Shown here in pieces: positions 56,150 through 64,000 of a stretch of DNA of 64,000 nucleotides (position 1 is its first letter; each line of letters opens with the position of its first letter). A model generated the notes under the pieces. That model was not told the origin of the DNA. It searched no databases and saw only the letters and a program-made list of their open reading frames with translations. This DNA is from Candidatus Latescibacterota bacterium (lineage in GTDB: Bacteria > Latescibacterota > UBA2968 > UBA8231): NCBI GenBank assembly GCA_965243025.1, contig CBDETY010000003.1, forward strand, positions 3,072,001 to 3,136,000, in the 5' to 3' direction. The translations under genes were made by a program, and so were the position numbers.

Positions 56150-57349
56150 TCAGGCGCCACATCCGTTTTCCTTGGCCTCCTGCCGCCTGCCCGCCAGGGG
56201 ATGCATGACCCCGGCGCCGGCAGGCCACACCCCCGGCTCGGCCTTCAGGCGGCGGCAGATGCGCTGACCGTGGGGGGACAGAGTCTCCCAGATTTCATGG
56301 GGCATCGTCTTGCGGAACTCCCTGAGCCCGCCGATCCACGCCGGGGCGTATTCGACGTTGGGCATGGCGCGGACTTCGCGGCTGAGGTTGGGGGTGCCGC
56401 CGTGCCAGGCCCGGTGGTCGCGGAACACGCCGGCCCCGGCAGGAGCCCCGACCAGCGTCGAGAGGCGCATCCACTCCGGTTCCTCTTCCGGAGGAGGCGG
56501 ATCGAAAGCGGACGACTGGGTCGCCGGAATATGCCTGACGGGACCGTTCTCCCAAGTCATGTCCGTCATCAGGAAGTTGATTATCACCAGCTGCGGAGTC
56601 AGCTCGATTACCCTGCGCCGGGTCTGTTCGTCGAGGCCGCCCGAGGCGCCGTCGCGGGACAGCTCGACGCCGAGCGACTCCGCCTGCCTGAGGCGGGAAG
56701 CCGGCATCTCGTGCGACTCCCTGCCGTCGGCGTGGAGGTGCTGGTACTCGATGGCTCCCGGAAGGCACAGGTCCCCTCCTGAGCCCACGCAGATATATCC
56801 CGGCGATCCGAAGATTTCGCTCAGTATGGGGGTCGTCGCCGGCAGGTCGACCATCGAGGCCCACACCGGATCGTGCAGCAGTTGCCGGGAAGCGGAAGAG
56901 GAGCCGTAGCTGTAGCGGTGGGGCAGGCGGCCGGTCTCGTTGACGTACTTGCGGCCCCCGCTGCCGGGGATATCGAGGATATGGCGGAGAACGCGGGCGC
57001 AGCCGGCGCGCCAGCGGCTCAGCGCCTCCGCGTCGAGGAGGTCGCCAACGACGACGAACCCGTCGCGCCGGAAGATGCGGGCGGCGCGTTCGACTTCGGA
57101 GGGCTCGCAGATCTCGAGACCGCGCATGCCGTTGTGCTGTCGAAGGTGGTCCCGCAGCGCCGCCACCTCCGGGTCGTCATGGATTCGGCGTGCGGGAGAG
57201 CGCGGGTCGGAATGTCCGGGGCGCCGCTCCTCCGGAGCCAGGAAGCGGCCCTCCTCGTCGACGAACTCGTTCGGAAGCGTCCGGCCGCACCAGCCCACCG
57301 GGCTGTCTCCGTGTACGGTCAGGGCGTCGAGGTCCGCAGTCCGCCTCAT
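56150..57349 (-). CDS. PhyH family dioxygenase
   Basis: 'FRRDGFVVV', 'QHLHAD', 'ENGP', 'WHGGTPN...R'. Confidence 0.85.
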   Translation of the reverse strand: MRRTADLDALTVHGDSPVGWCGRTLPNEFVDEEGRFLAPEERRPGHSDPRSPARRIHDDPEVAALRDHLRQHNGMRGLEICEPSEVERAARIFRRDGFVVVGDLLDAEALSRWRAGCARVLRHILDIPGSGGRKYVNETGRLPHRYSYGSSSASRQLLHDPVWASMVDLPATTPILSEIFGSPGYICVGSGGDLCLPGAIEYQHLHADGRESHEMPASRLRQAESLGVELSRDGASGGLDEQTRRRVIELTPQLVIINFLMTDMTWENGPVRHIPATQSSAFDPPPPEEEPEWMRLSTLVGAPAGAGVFRDHRAWHGGTPNLSREVRAMPNVEYAPAWIGGLREFRKTMPHEIWETLSPHGQRICRRLKAEPGVWPAGAGVMHPLAGRRQEAKENGCGA

Positions 57350-57525
57350 GGCGTTACCGCCCCAGGTTCATTTGGCGAAAAACCTGGTGCCCGAGCGCGT
57401 AGTTCGCGTGAATCCGGCCGCGGGCTCACCACGGCACGCGGGGTTGCCTTCCCTCGCCGTGCACCTCCGGTACGACTCGCGCAGGCACTTGCGAATTCCA
57501 CCGGCTCCATGCTCGAAGCGGCCGC

Positions 57526-58683
57526 CTACGCCCGGTCCAGCGTCCACCGGGTAGCCGCCACGTGAGTCACGCTGTCGCCGAGGGTCATGTAGTACACGGT
57601 GAACAGCGACCCGTCCGATAGCTCCACTGTCCGCGGATAACCCAGGTCGGCGGACGTCCCCTTCCCCGCCTCCCTCCCGCCGGTGGTGAGACCGTCGCCG
57701 CGCAGCACGATCCCGTCCGCCGGTTCCCATGTTTCGCAGCCGTCGCGGGACAGGCAGGCCCGCACCCCGTAGGGAGCCCTCCGGTACCCGTAGCTGCAGA
57801 GGACGTCGCCGCTGCTCAGCAGCAGCAGGTGCGGGGGATACCCCCACAATCCGGTATTTCTGATCTCGCTCCAGGTTCTGCCTCCGTCGTCCGAGTGCGT
57901 CTGGAACAGGTACTTCGCTTCATGGGGAATGCGTTTGCTGCCGCTTGCCGTGCGCACCATCGCCACGATGCGTCCGTTGGGCAGCGCCAGGAGGCTGCTC
58001 TCGTTGAACGGATGCTCGCCGCCGTCGTACGCCATCGTCACCATCTCCCAGGTGTCGCCGCCGTCTTCGGAGCGCAGCACCCAGGCCCGGAACGGATCCC
58101 CTGCCGCGAGGCTGCCGTACACCTGGTTCAGGATGGTATCGTCGGCGAGAACGCAGCCCTTCAGGTCGGTCCCGTTGCGGACCAGGGCGAAGAACGGCAG
58201 CTCTTCCCCGCTCCTGAGCAGGCGGTGTTCCCAGTCGCTATCTCCCGGCCGCTTCCGCGACATCCGCAGGCTGTGCTCCACGTGGATTCGTCCGGGGTAC
58301 TCCTCCACCGCGAACCCGCGCCGCGCGAACTCCTCCCTGCGCCCGGGCGGGTACGTGTTGACGGGCCTGGAGATCCTGACCTGGGTGCCGTCGCTCAGCA
58401 CCGCACTTCTCAGCGCCTCCGGGCATTCGCTGTAGCCGTCGTCCTTCCCCTCCTCGAACCAGCTGCCCCCGCCGTCCGGAGAGAACAGCTCCACGTGACC
58501 GGTCGCGCCCCCGGCCAGTCCGCCGGCATGGGAGTGCGCCGCCCCTTCGACGCCGCGCGCCAGCGGCGTGTGGGAGTTCCAGTTGAAACCGACCCAGAGC
58601 TCGTCGCCGTCTCCCTTTGCCACGGTCGGGAAGCTGGAATACCGGGCCTCGTTCCAATACAACACGGAATGGTTCATAGTCAT
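57526..58683 (-). CDS. Sialidase-like BNR protein
   Basis: Asp-boxes 'SPDGGGSW', 'SEDGGDTW', 'SDDGGRTW', 'SRDGCETW'; 'DLGYP'. Confidence 0.85.
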   Translation of the reverse strand: MTMNHSVLYWNEARYSSFPTVAKGDGDELWVGFNWNSHTPLARGVEGAAHSHAGGLAGGATGHVELFSPDGGGSWFEEGKDDGYSECPEALRSAVLSDGTQVRISRPVNTYPPGRREEFARRGFAVEEYPGRIHVEHSLRMSRKRPGDSDWEHRLLRSGEELPFFALVRNGTDLKGCVLADDTILNQVYGSLAAGDPFRAWVLRSEDGGDTWEMVTMAYDGGEHPFNESSLLALPNGRIVAMVRTASGSKRIPHEAKYLFQTHSDDGGRTWSEIRNTGLWGYPPHLLLLSSGDVLCSYGYRRAPYGVRACLSRDGCETWEPADGIVLRGDGLTTGGREAGKGTSADLGYPRTVELSDGSLFTVYYMTLGDSVTHVAATRWTLDRA

Positions 58684-58780
58684 ACGGATTCACCTGTCAT
58701 AGATTCGACCCGATTCAAAACCGTGCAATGATAGAAAAACCGCGGGCGCGCGCGAAACGCCGGCCCGCAGCGAGGGAACC

Positions 58781-60361
58781 ATGCAGCCGACAGATATCGG
58801 ATCGAGCAAGCAGCTGTTCATCGACGACCGCTTCATCGCCACCAGCAACGGAGTGGAGCTGGCGATGAATCCACCCTACCAGGCCCCGGAGCCGGTGGTA
58901 ACCGTCGACGCCCCCTGGGAAGACCCGACCGACACGAGTTTCGGCATCTACAGCAGCGTGCTGGGGGAAGCCGACGGCCGCGTCCGGATGTGGTATCACG
59001 TGCGCAGGGCAAAGGAGGATTCCGAGCTCAGCCTCGACCAGGCCTACGTCGGCTATGCCGAATCGACGGACGGCATCCACTTCGACAAGCCGGAGCTGAA
59101 CCTCATCGAGGAGGGCGGCTCGACCGCCAACAACATCGTCATCCCGAGCAAGCTCGGCGGCAGCTCGGTCTGGATAGACCCCAATGCCCCGGCCGAAGAG
59201 CGCTACAAGAACCAGTGTAAGGTCTACAATCCGGAAGTGGCGATGCAGTTCCACATGCACGGCTCGCCGGACGGCATTCACTGGAAGTTCCTTCGCCGCC
59301 TGCAGCTCCCGCACCGGGGCGGCTGGGACACGCAGAGCGTCATTTTCTGGGATCCGGCCATCGGGCGCTACGTCCTCTACACCCGACGCTGGGTCGCCAG
59401 ACGCCACACCACCGCCCAGGGAAACGAGAACTACCGGACGGTCAGACGGCTCGAGTCCGACAATCTCGTCGACTGGGACAACCAGAGGATCGTCATGTGG
59501 CCGGACGAGGAAGACCTGGCGACCTACGATACCGGCGCCCCGCTGGACCCCGCGGCGCCGGAAAAACCGTACGGCAGGACGCCGATGGACTACTACGGCG
59601 CGGGCGTGTTCAAGTACCCCGACCCCGACGGCGTGTACGTCATGTTCGCCAGCGCCAACTGGTACTGGTTCAACCGCGAGCCGGTGGTGACCACGGTCCG
59701 CGACGACATGGACGTCCTGCGCACCGAGACGCAGCAGATCTACGGGCCCAGCCGCTTCGACGTGCGCCTGTCGGTGAGCCGCGACGGGGTGAACTTCCAG
59801 CGCTGCGGCGGACGCCGGCCCTTCCTGAGCCCGGGGCCGGAAGGCAGCTTCTCCTCGCGCATGGTCTGGGGCATGCCGCATCCGGTGCGGATGGGGGACG
59901 AACTCTGGATCTACTACAGCGGCACCAACCGCGACCACGACGGCCTCATCGACCCGGCGGGCGACCGCCTCCTTTCCGGCATCGGCCGCGCCGTTATTCG
60001 CCTGGACGGGTTCGTGTCGGCGGATGCCGGCTACGGCGGCGGCGAAATCGTCACGCCGGTTGTCCGCTTCGAGGGGAAGCGCCTGGAGCTCAACCTCGAC
60101 ACCGGGGGCGGCGGCGCCGTGCGCGTGGAGCTTCAGGACGCGGAGGGCCGGCCTCTCGGCGGCTACACCGAGGCGGATGCCTCCTGGATCTGCGGCAACT
60201 CGGTGCGCCTGCCGGTGCATTGGGGGAAGAGCGGGGATGTCGGCGCGTTGGCCGGCAAACCGGTCCGGATCCGCTTCGTCATGCGCGACTGCAAGCTGTA
60301 CGCCTTCCAGTTCGTCGACTCGCCTGGCGGTACGGCTATTCGAACTCCAGCGAAGCCTTGA
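58781..60361 (+). CDS. Five-bladed beta-propeller glycoside hydrolase-like protein
   Basis: 'KQLFIDD', 'YAESTDGIHFDKP', 'SPDGIHW', 'RLDGFVS', 'KLYAFQF'. Confidence 0.78.
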   Translation: MQPTDIGSSKQLFIDDRFIATSNGVELAMNPPYQAPEPVVTVDAPWEDPTDTSFGIYSSVLGEADGRVRMWYHVRRAKEDSELSLDQAYVGYAESTDGIHFDKPELNLIEEGGSTANNIVIPSKLGGSSVWIDPNAPAEERYKNQCKVYNPEVAMQFHMHGSPDGIHWKFLRRLQLPHRGGWDTQSVIFWDPAIGRYVLYTRRWVARRHTTAQGNENYRTVRRLESDNLVDWDNQRIVMWPDEEDLATYDTGAPLDPAAPEKPYGRTPMDYYGAGVFKYPDPDGVYVMFASANWYWFNREPVVTTVRDDMDVLRTETQQIYGPSRFDVRLSVSRDGVNFQRCGGRRPFLSPGPEGSFSSRMVWGMPHPVRMGDELWIYYSGTNRDHDGLIDPAGDRLLSGIGRAVIRLDGFVSADAGYGGGEIVTPVVRFEGKRLELNLDTGGGGAVRVELQDAEGRPLGGYTEADASWICGNSVRLPVHWGKSGDVGALAGKPVRIRFVMRDCKLYAFQFVDSPGGTAIRTPAKP

Positions 60362-61307
60362 TCCGCCCCCAGGATACCGACTCGACCGCGCTGTCTTCCA
60401 CCGGTCCGGCCGCGGTGGCCGGCAGCAGCAGCCCGTCCAGGTAGACATCCGCCCGGTAATGGGACAGTATGTCCAGTTCCGGGTCTTCAGTCTGGACTGC
60501 TTCAGGCGTCAAGGTGCCCCAGCTGTATTCGTCATCTTTTTCGACCACGAGGATCGCAAAGCCGATGACCTCTCCTGCGGTCAGATCGCTGACCACGACG
60601 TCTTCAGGCCGACTGTCGATTCCCTGCCAACCGTCGTATGGAGTGACGTACAGCTCGATTACCCTGATGATCGGGTTTCCCCAGACGACGTCACCGCCTG
60701 CGTCTCCGTAGGGAGGAAAGAACATCCAGGAATCATACCTGTTGGTTACCGTGTACCCGCCACTCAAGCCGGACCAGACATGGCCGTACAACGCAGTGCG
60801 GCCGTCGGCCGTACGGGCAATTGCCGCGTATTGCTGCGCGTTCCCCCAAAAATCCCCTGCTTCCCAGGATTCCAAACCACTCCCCCCGCCGCTGTGATCT
60901 CCGTCGATAGCCAGGACAAGTTCGGGGGGGCCCAAATAGTATTCAGTAGCTTCATCATATATAATGTGTGCGTCGTCGCTGGCCGTGAACGCGACATAGA
61001 GCCGGGCCGGCTCATCGTGCCAGGCCAGCCAGATGCGGAAGTCCAGGTCAGAAGGGTCGGGTATATGGCCGTACCATCTGAAATCCACCAGTGACATGGT
61101 GGGTTCGTCCACGAGATCGAACCACTCGGCCACCGAACCGTCGTCGAGCTGGATCTGTTCCAGCATCTCGTCGGTCAGCTCGGCGATCGGGAAGACTCGA
61201 TAGCCGCCGTGGGCGCCTGCCCGGGCAGACAGGCCGGCCGCCAGGGCCGACCCGACGACCAGGCCGAGGGCCATGCGCCACTGATTCCTCGTGCCGAAAA
61301 AGATCAT
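60336..61307 (-). CDS. Secreted protein, possibly CBM9/DOMON-like, with AVESVSWGRIKASLE tail
   Basis: GGAGG RBS; signal peptide; 'DDGSVAEW', 'WLAWHDEPARLYVAF', 'IDGDHSGG'. Confidence 0.8.
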   Translation of the reverse strand: MIFFGTRNQWRMALGLVVGSALAAGLSARAGAHGGYRVFPIAELTDEMLEQIQLDDGSVAEWFDLVDEPTMSLVDFRWYGHIPDPSDLDFRIWLAWHDEPARLYVAFTASDDAHIIYDEATEYYLGPPELVLAIDGDHSGGGSGLESWEAGDFWGNAQQYAAIARTADGRTALYGHVWSGLSGGYTVTNRYDSWMFFPPYGDAGGDVVWGNPIIRVIELYVTPYDGWQGIDSRPEDVVVSDLTAGEVIGFAILVVEKDDEYSWGTLTPEAVQTEDPELDILSHYRADVYLDGLLLPATAAGPVEDSAVESVSWGRIKASLEFE

Positions 61308-61443
61308 CCGCCCTCCTCCTGGTTACCGCGTTACCGCCCGTCATGGGCGGGCTCGACAGGAGACCGCCTATCCCTGTCGGTTTATGGAAGGGGGTGGGCA
61401 CAGGTTACCCCTCGAGGGTTTGACGGGGGGGATGTCAGTACGG

Positions 61444-62454
61444 CTACTCCATCTCCAGGGAAGCCTTGATCCGCCCCCAGGAAACCGACTCGACCGCGCC
61501 GTTTTCCCCCGGTCCGGCCGGGTTGGCCGGCAGCAGCAGCCCATCGAGAAAGTAATCGGAGGCAAAACGACTTATGTCCTCGAAAACTTCACGATCAAGA
61601 TCTACATGGGCTTCCGGTGCAAACGTCTTGACATATTCAATATTCCCCAAGTCCGCATCATACACGCCGATCGCGAACCCGATGGTCTGTCCTGCGCTCA
61701 GATCGCTTGCCACGGACCCCTCGGGACTGGTCAGGCCTTCCCTGTGGTCAAACGGCGTGACGTACAGCTCGATTGTCCAGATGACGGGCCTTTCTCCGGC
61801 TACGCTGCCGCCGGCCTCCGCGTAGGGGGGCAGGGTCATCCAGGAGAAGACCTTACTCCAGTGCCTGGATCTCCGATTATCCAGAATCGGTCCAACAGGA
61901 GTACGGGAAACGGCCTCATACTGCTGAGTCTCCCCACTGGCCTTCACGAGTCGTTCGGTTGTGAATACTCCTTCAAGCGCGGGACCGCCGCTGTGGTCTC
62001 CGTCGACTCCGAGAGCAATACCGTCGTTACCACCGTCCCAACCGGACAGCATATCGTCTTCTGAAGACTCACTCCAATTGTCCACGTCGTAGGTGTGGTC
62101 ATTCCAGTAATTGTCATCGGCGGCCGCGAAGGCTACATAGAGGCGAGCCGGCTCATCGTGCCAGGCCAGCCAGATGCGGAAGTCGATATCCGACGGATCG
62201 AGTGAGCCTTCCTGGCGTTGGAATGCGAAATCCAGCAGGGTCATGGCAGGTTCGCCGAGGAGATCGAACCACTCCTCCACCGAGCCGTCGTCGAGTTGAA
62301 TCTGTTCCAGCATCTCGTCGGTCAACTCGGGGACAGGGAAGACTCGACCGCCGACGTGGGCTTCTGCCCGGGCAGGCAGGCCGGCCCACAGGGCCGACCC
62401 GACGAGCAGGCCGAGGGCCAGGCTCCACTGATTCCGGATGCCGGAGATAAGCAT
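61444..62454 (-). CDS. Tandem paralog of 60336-61307
   Basis: Same conserved blocks and tail; GGAG RBS before ATG 62454. Confidence 0.8.
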   Translation of the reverse strand: MLISGIRNQWSLALGLLVGSALWAGLPARAEAHVGGRVFPVPELTDEMLEQIQLDDGSVEEWFDLLGEPAMTLLDFAFQRQEGSLDPSDIDFRIWLAWHDEPARLYVAFAAADDNYWNDHTYDVDNWSESSEDDMLSGWDGGNDGIALGVDGDHSGGPALEGVFTTERLVKASGETQQYEAVSRTPVGPILDNRRSRHWSKVFSWMTLPPYAEAGGSVAGERPVIWTIELYVTPFDHREGLTSPEGSVASDLSAGQTIGFAIGVYDADLGNIEYVKTFAPEAHVDLDREVFEDISRFASDYFLDGLLLPANPAGPGENGAVESVSWGRIKASLEME

Positions 62455-62642
62455 CTGTTCTCCTCGGTTTGTTCTGTCCGAGATGGGCTCGGAAGGGGTT
62501 CCCCTTTCCCTGTCGGGTTCCTGAACGGTACGGGTGGCCATTCCTCCTCTTCAGGAATTATAAGGACGAGGGCCCACCCCCTGAGGGGACGGAACCCCTC
62601 GTCCGCGAATGCCGCGTCAGCGGGAAAGCCGCCGGAGGATGC

Positions 62643-62894
62643 TCAGTCAGAGCACTCGCATTTCCAAGTCCCTGGGTCGACGAGGTCAACCTGGTACTCG
62701 TCGTGCCCAAGACGGGAGCAGTTGTAGGCGCACTTTCCGTCCGCCTCGCTGCTCGTGAAAGCGTACACCGTGTGGCAGTGGTGCCAACTGGTGCTCGAGG
62801 AGGCTTCCACCCACGACACGCCTCCGGTGGTCAGCAGGGCGCCCGCAAGAACGGCGAGGACGGCCTTCATGCTCTGCTTCAACGGATGTCTCAT
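62643..62894 (-). CDS. Small secreted cysteine-rich peptide (defensin-like CxxxC...CxC)
   Basis: AAGGAGG RBS; signal peptide ending VEA; mature part C-x14-CAYNC-x19-CEC. Confidence 0.7.
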   Translation of the reverse strand: MRHPLKQSMKAVLAVLAGALLTTGGVSWVEASSSTSWHHCHTVYAFTSSEADGKCAYNCSRLGHDEYQVDLVDPGTWKCECSD

Positions 62895-63100
62895 TGCAGC
62901 CTCCTTTGGATTTCGGGGTAGCGCCTGTTCGCCACCCCGGTTCACCCAAATACCATGCAATAGGCGTGCCCGTACATGACCCGCTGAGCCCATAAATGCG
63001 TTGGTTGTTACGTAACCTGTTGTTTTACTGTTCTTTATATAACACTTCTTTTTCTTTTTCGGCGTGATCAGCTCGTCCTTGGCGCCACCGGTTTTTCCGT

Positions 63101-63140
63101 TCCGTCGTATTTAATACGATTCCGTCGTATTTAATACGAT
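63101..63140. repeat. Exact 20-bp tandem repeat with a near-palindromic core
   Basis: tccgtcgtatttaatacgat x2; core tcgtatt-t-aatacga. Confidence 0.85.
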
Positions 63141-64000
63141 TTCATCGATGGCCGCGTCAGGCGCCCGGACACGCCCGGTCTAATGTAGAACGCCGCGCTC
63201 CCGAAGAAGTTGAACAGGTACATGCCGTCGGCGCCGTTGCGCCAGTGGCGGGCCGCCACGGCGTTGATCATCTCCAGGTCCAGCGGCAGGATGGCCGGCG
63301 GATGGTAGTGGTTCCGCGTCACGCCCCCGGTGTGGCCGGCCCGGTACCCGGCCTCTATGGTCGGGACGATCTGCACCCCGGTTCCCCGGGCCAGCTCCAC
63401 CCACTCGCTGATGTCCTCCTCGAGGTCGGCGGCGTACAGCGTCGCGGGTATCAGGATGTCGACCAGCCCCTCGCCCACCCATGTGCGCACGTCCAGCCCC
63501 AGGCGTTCGGCGCCGTCGACGGTGTTGGGGACGCGGGCGGCGAAACCGATCGCCCTGCCCTTCGCCCCGGCCATCCCGTCGATGGCGCGGCGGGACTCGC
63601 GCATGAAGCCGGTCATGATCGGCCAGCCCGCCTTCTCCTCTCCGTGCCGGAAGTAGCCGGGACAGCGCATGAAATCGTACTGGAACCCGTCGAGGTCGTA
63701 GCGGCTGCAGGCCTCCTTCATCACCTCCAGCCTGAACCGCCTCACCTCGTCGTGCCGGTAGTCCTGGAACCATCTCATGGCGACCCTCAGGGCTTCGGGA
63801 AGCCCCGCAGTCCCCTCCTCCCCGATCAACAGGTCTCGCCTCTGTTCGTGGAAGCGGCTGCTGAGGATGTTGCGCTCCCCGTCGAGGACCTCGAGGTGAT
63901 GCCAGTCGTTCATGTGTAGATGCGCCCAGTAGTCGATCCCGAGCCTGCGCGCCTCGTCAATGCGGATCCGGATCGGATCGCATCCCGCCTCCCAGATACG
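63131..64000 (-). CDS. GHL10-like protein (5' end beyond window; 3' end apparently truncated)
   Basis: 'DYRHDEVR', 'DGFQYDFMR', 'GADGMYLFNF'; lacks the C-terminal domain of paralog 46771-48378. Confidence 0.7.
   Translation of the reverse strand, partial: RIWEAGCDPIRIRIDEARRLGIDYWAHLHMNDWHHLEVLDGERNILSSRFHEQRRDLLIGEEGTAGLPEALRVAMRWFQDYRHDEVRRFRLEVMKEACSRYDLDGFQYDFMRCPGYFRHGEEKAGWPIMTGFMRESRRAIDGMAGAKGRAIGFAARVPNTVDGAERLGLDVRTWVGEGLVDILIPATLYAADLEEDISEWVELARGTGVQIVPTIEAGYRAGHTGGVTRNHYHPPAILPLDLEMINAVAARHWRNGADGMYLFNFFGSAAFYIRPGVSGRLTRPSMKSY

Noticed and set aside
60336-62454. Diversity-generating retroelement behind the paralog variation
   Set aside because: No reverse transcriptase in the window, and the differences are not adenine-specific
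63101-63140. Repeats here and at 38203-38298 and 24069-24100 as a CRISPR array
   Set aside because: No unique spacers, wrong unit sizes, and no cas genes

Overview
A GC-rich bacterial accessory region of 64 kb. Lineage is inferred, not proven: FlgD-type and 'SWGRIK' C-terminal tails, plus many sulfatases, PhyH dioxygenases, BNR/beta-propeller glycosidases, ankyrin proteins and an Rpn nuclease, resemble Candidatus Latescibacterota-type or other host-associated FCB-group genomes. No rRNA, tRNA or CRISPR array was found. The left edge holds an integron-like platform that the ORF track does not show. It comprises two minus-strand cassettes (SGNH hydrolase, GNAT) bounded by self-complementary ends, a branched attC-like site, an attI-like simple site (CCCTAAC-N5-GTTCGGG) and a decayed, divergent integrase N-terminus. 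One cassette appears to use a non-canonical GAT/ATC core, and a covarying copy of the attC lies 14 kb away. Other highlights: an Rpn gene with a probable internal antitoxin start; a toxin-antitoxin graveyard with a 140-bp micro-inversion; a partly duplicated ECF sigma/anti-sigma/membrane-protein module whose promoter motif can be read directly; a kinase-receiver-wHTH fusion; a DUF1538/PII/CBS operon; a paralog family ending in AVESVSWGRIKASLE; and a secreted CxxxC...CxC defensin-like peptide. Family assignments come from motif recognition by eye; no database searches were run.
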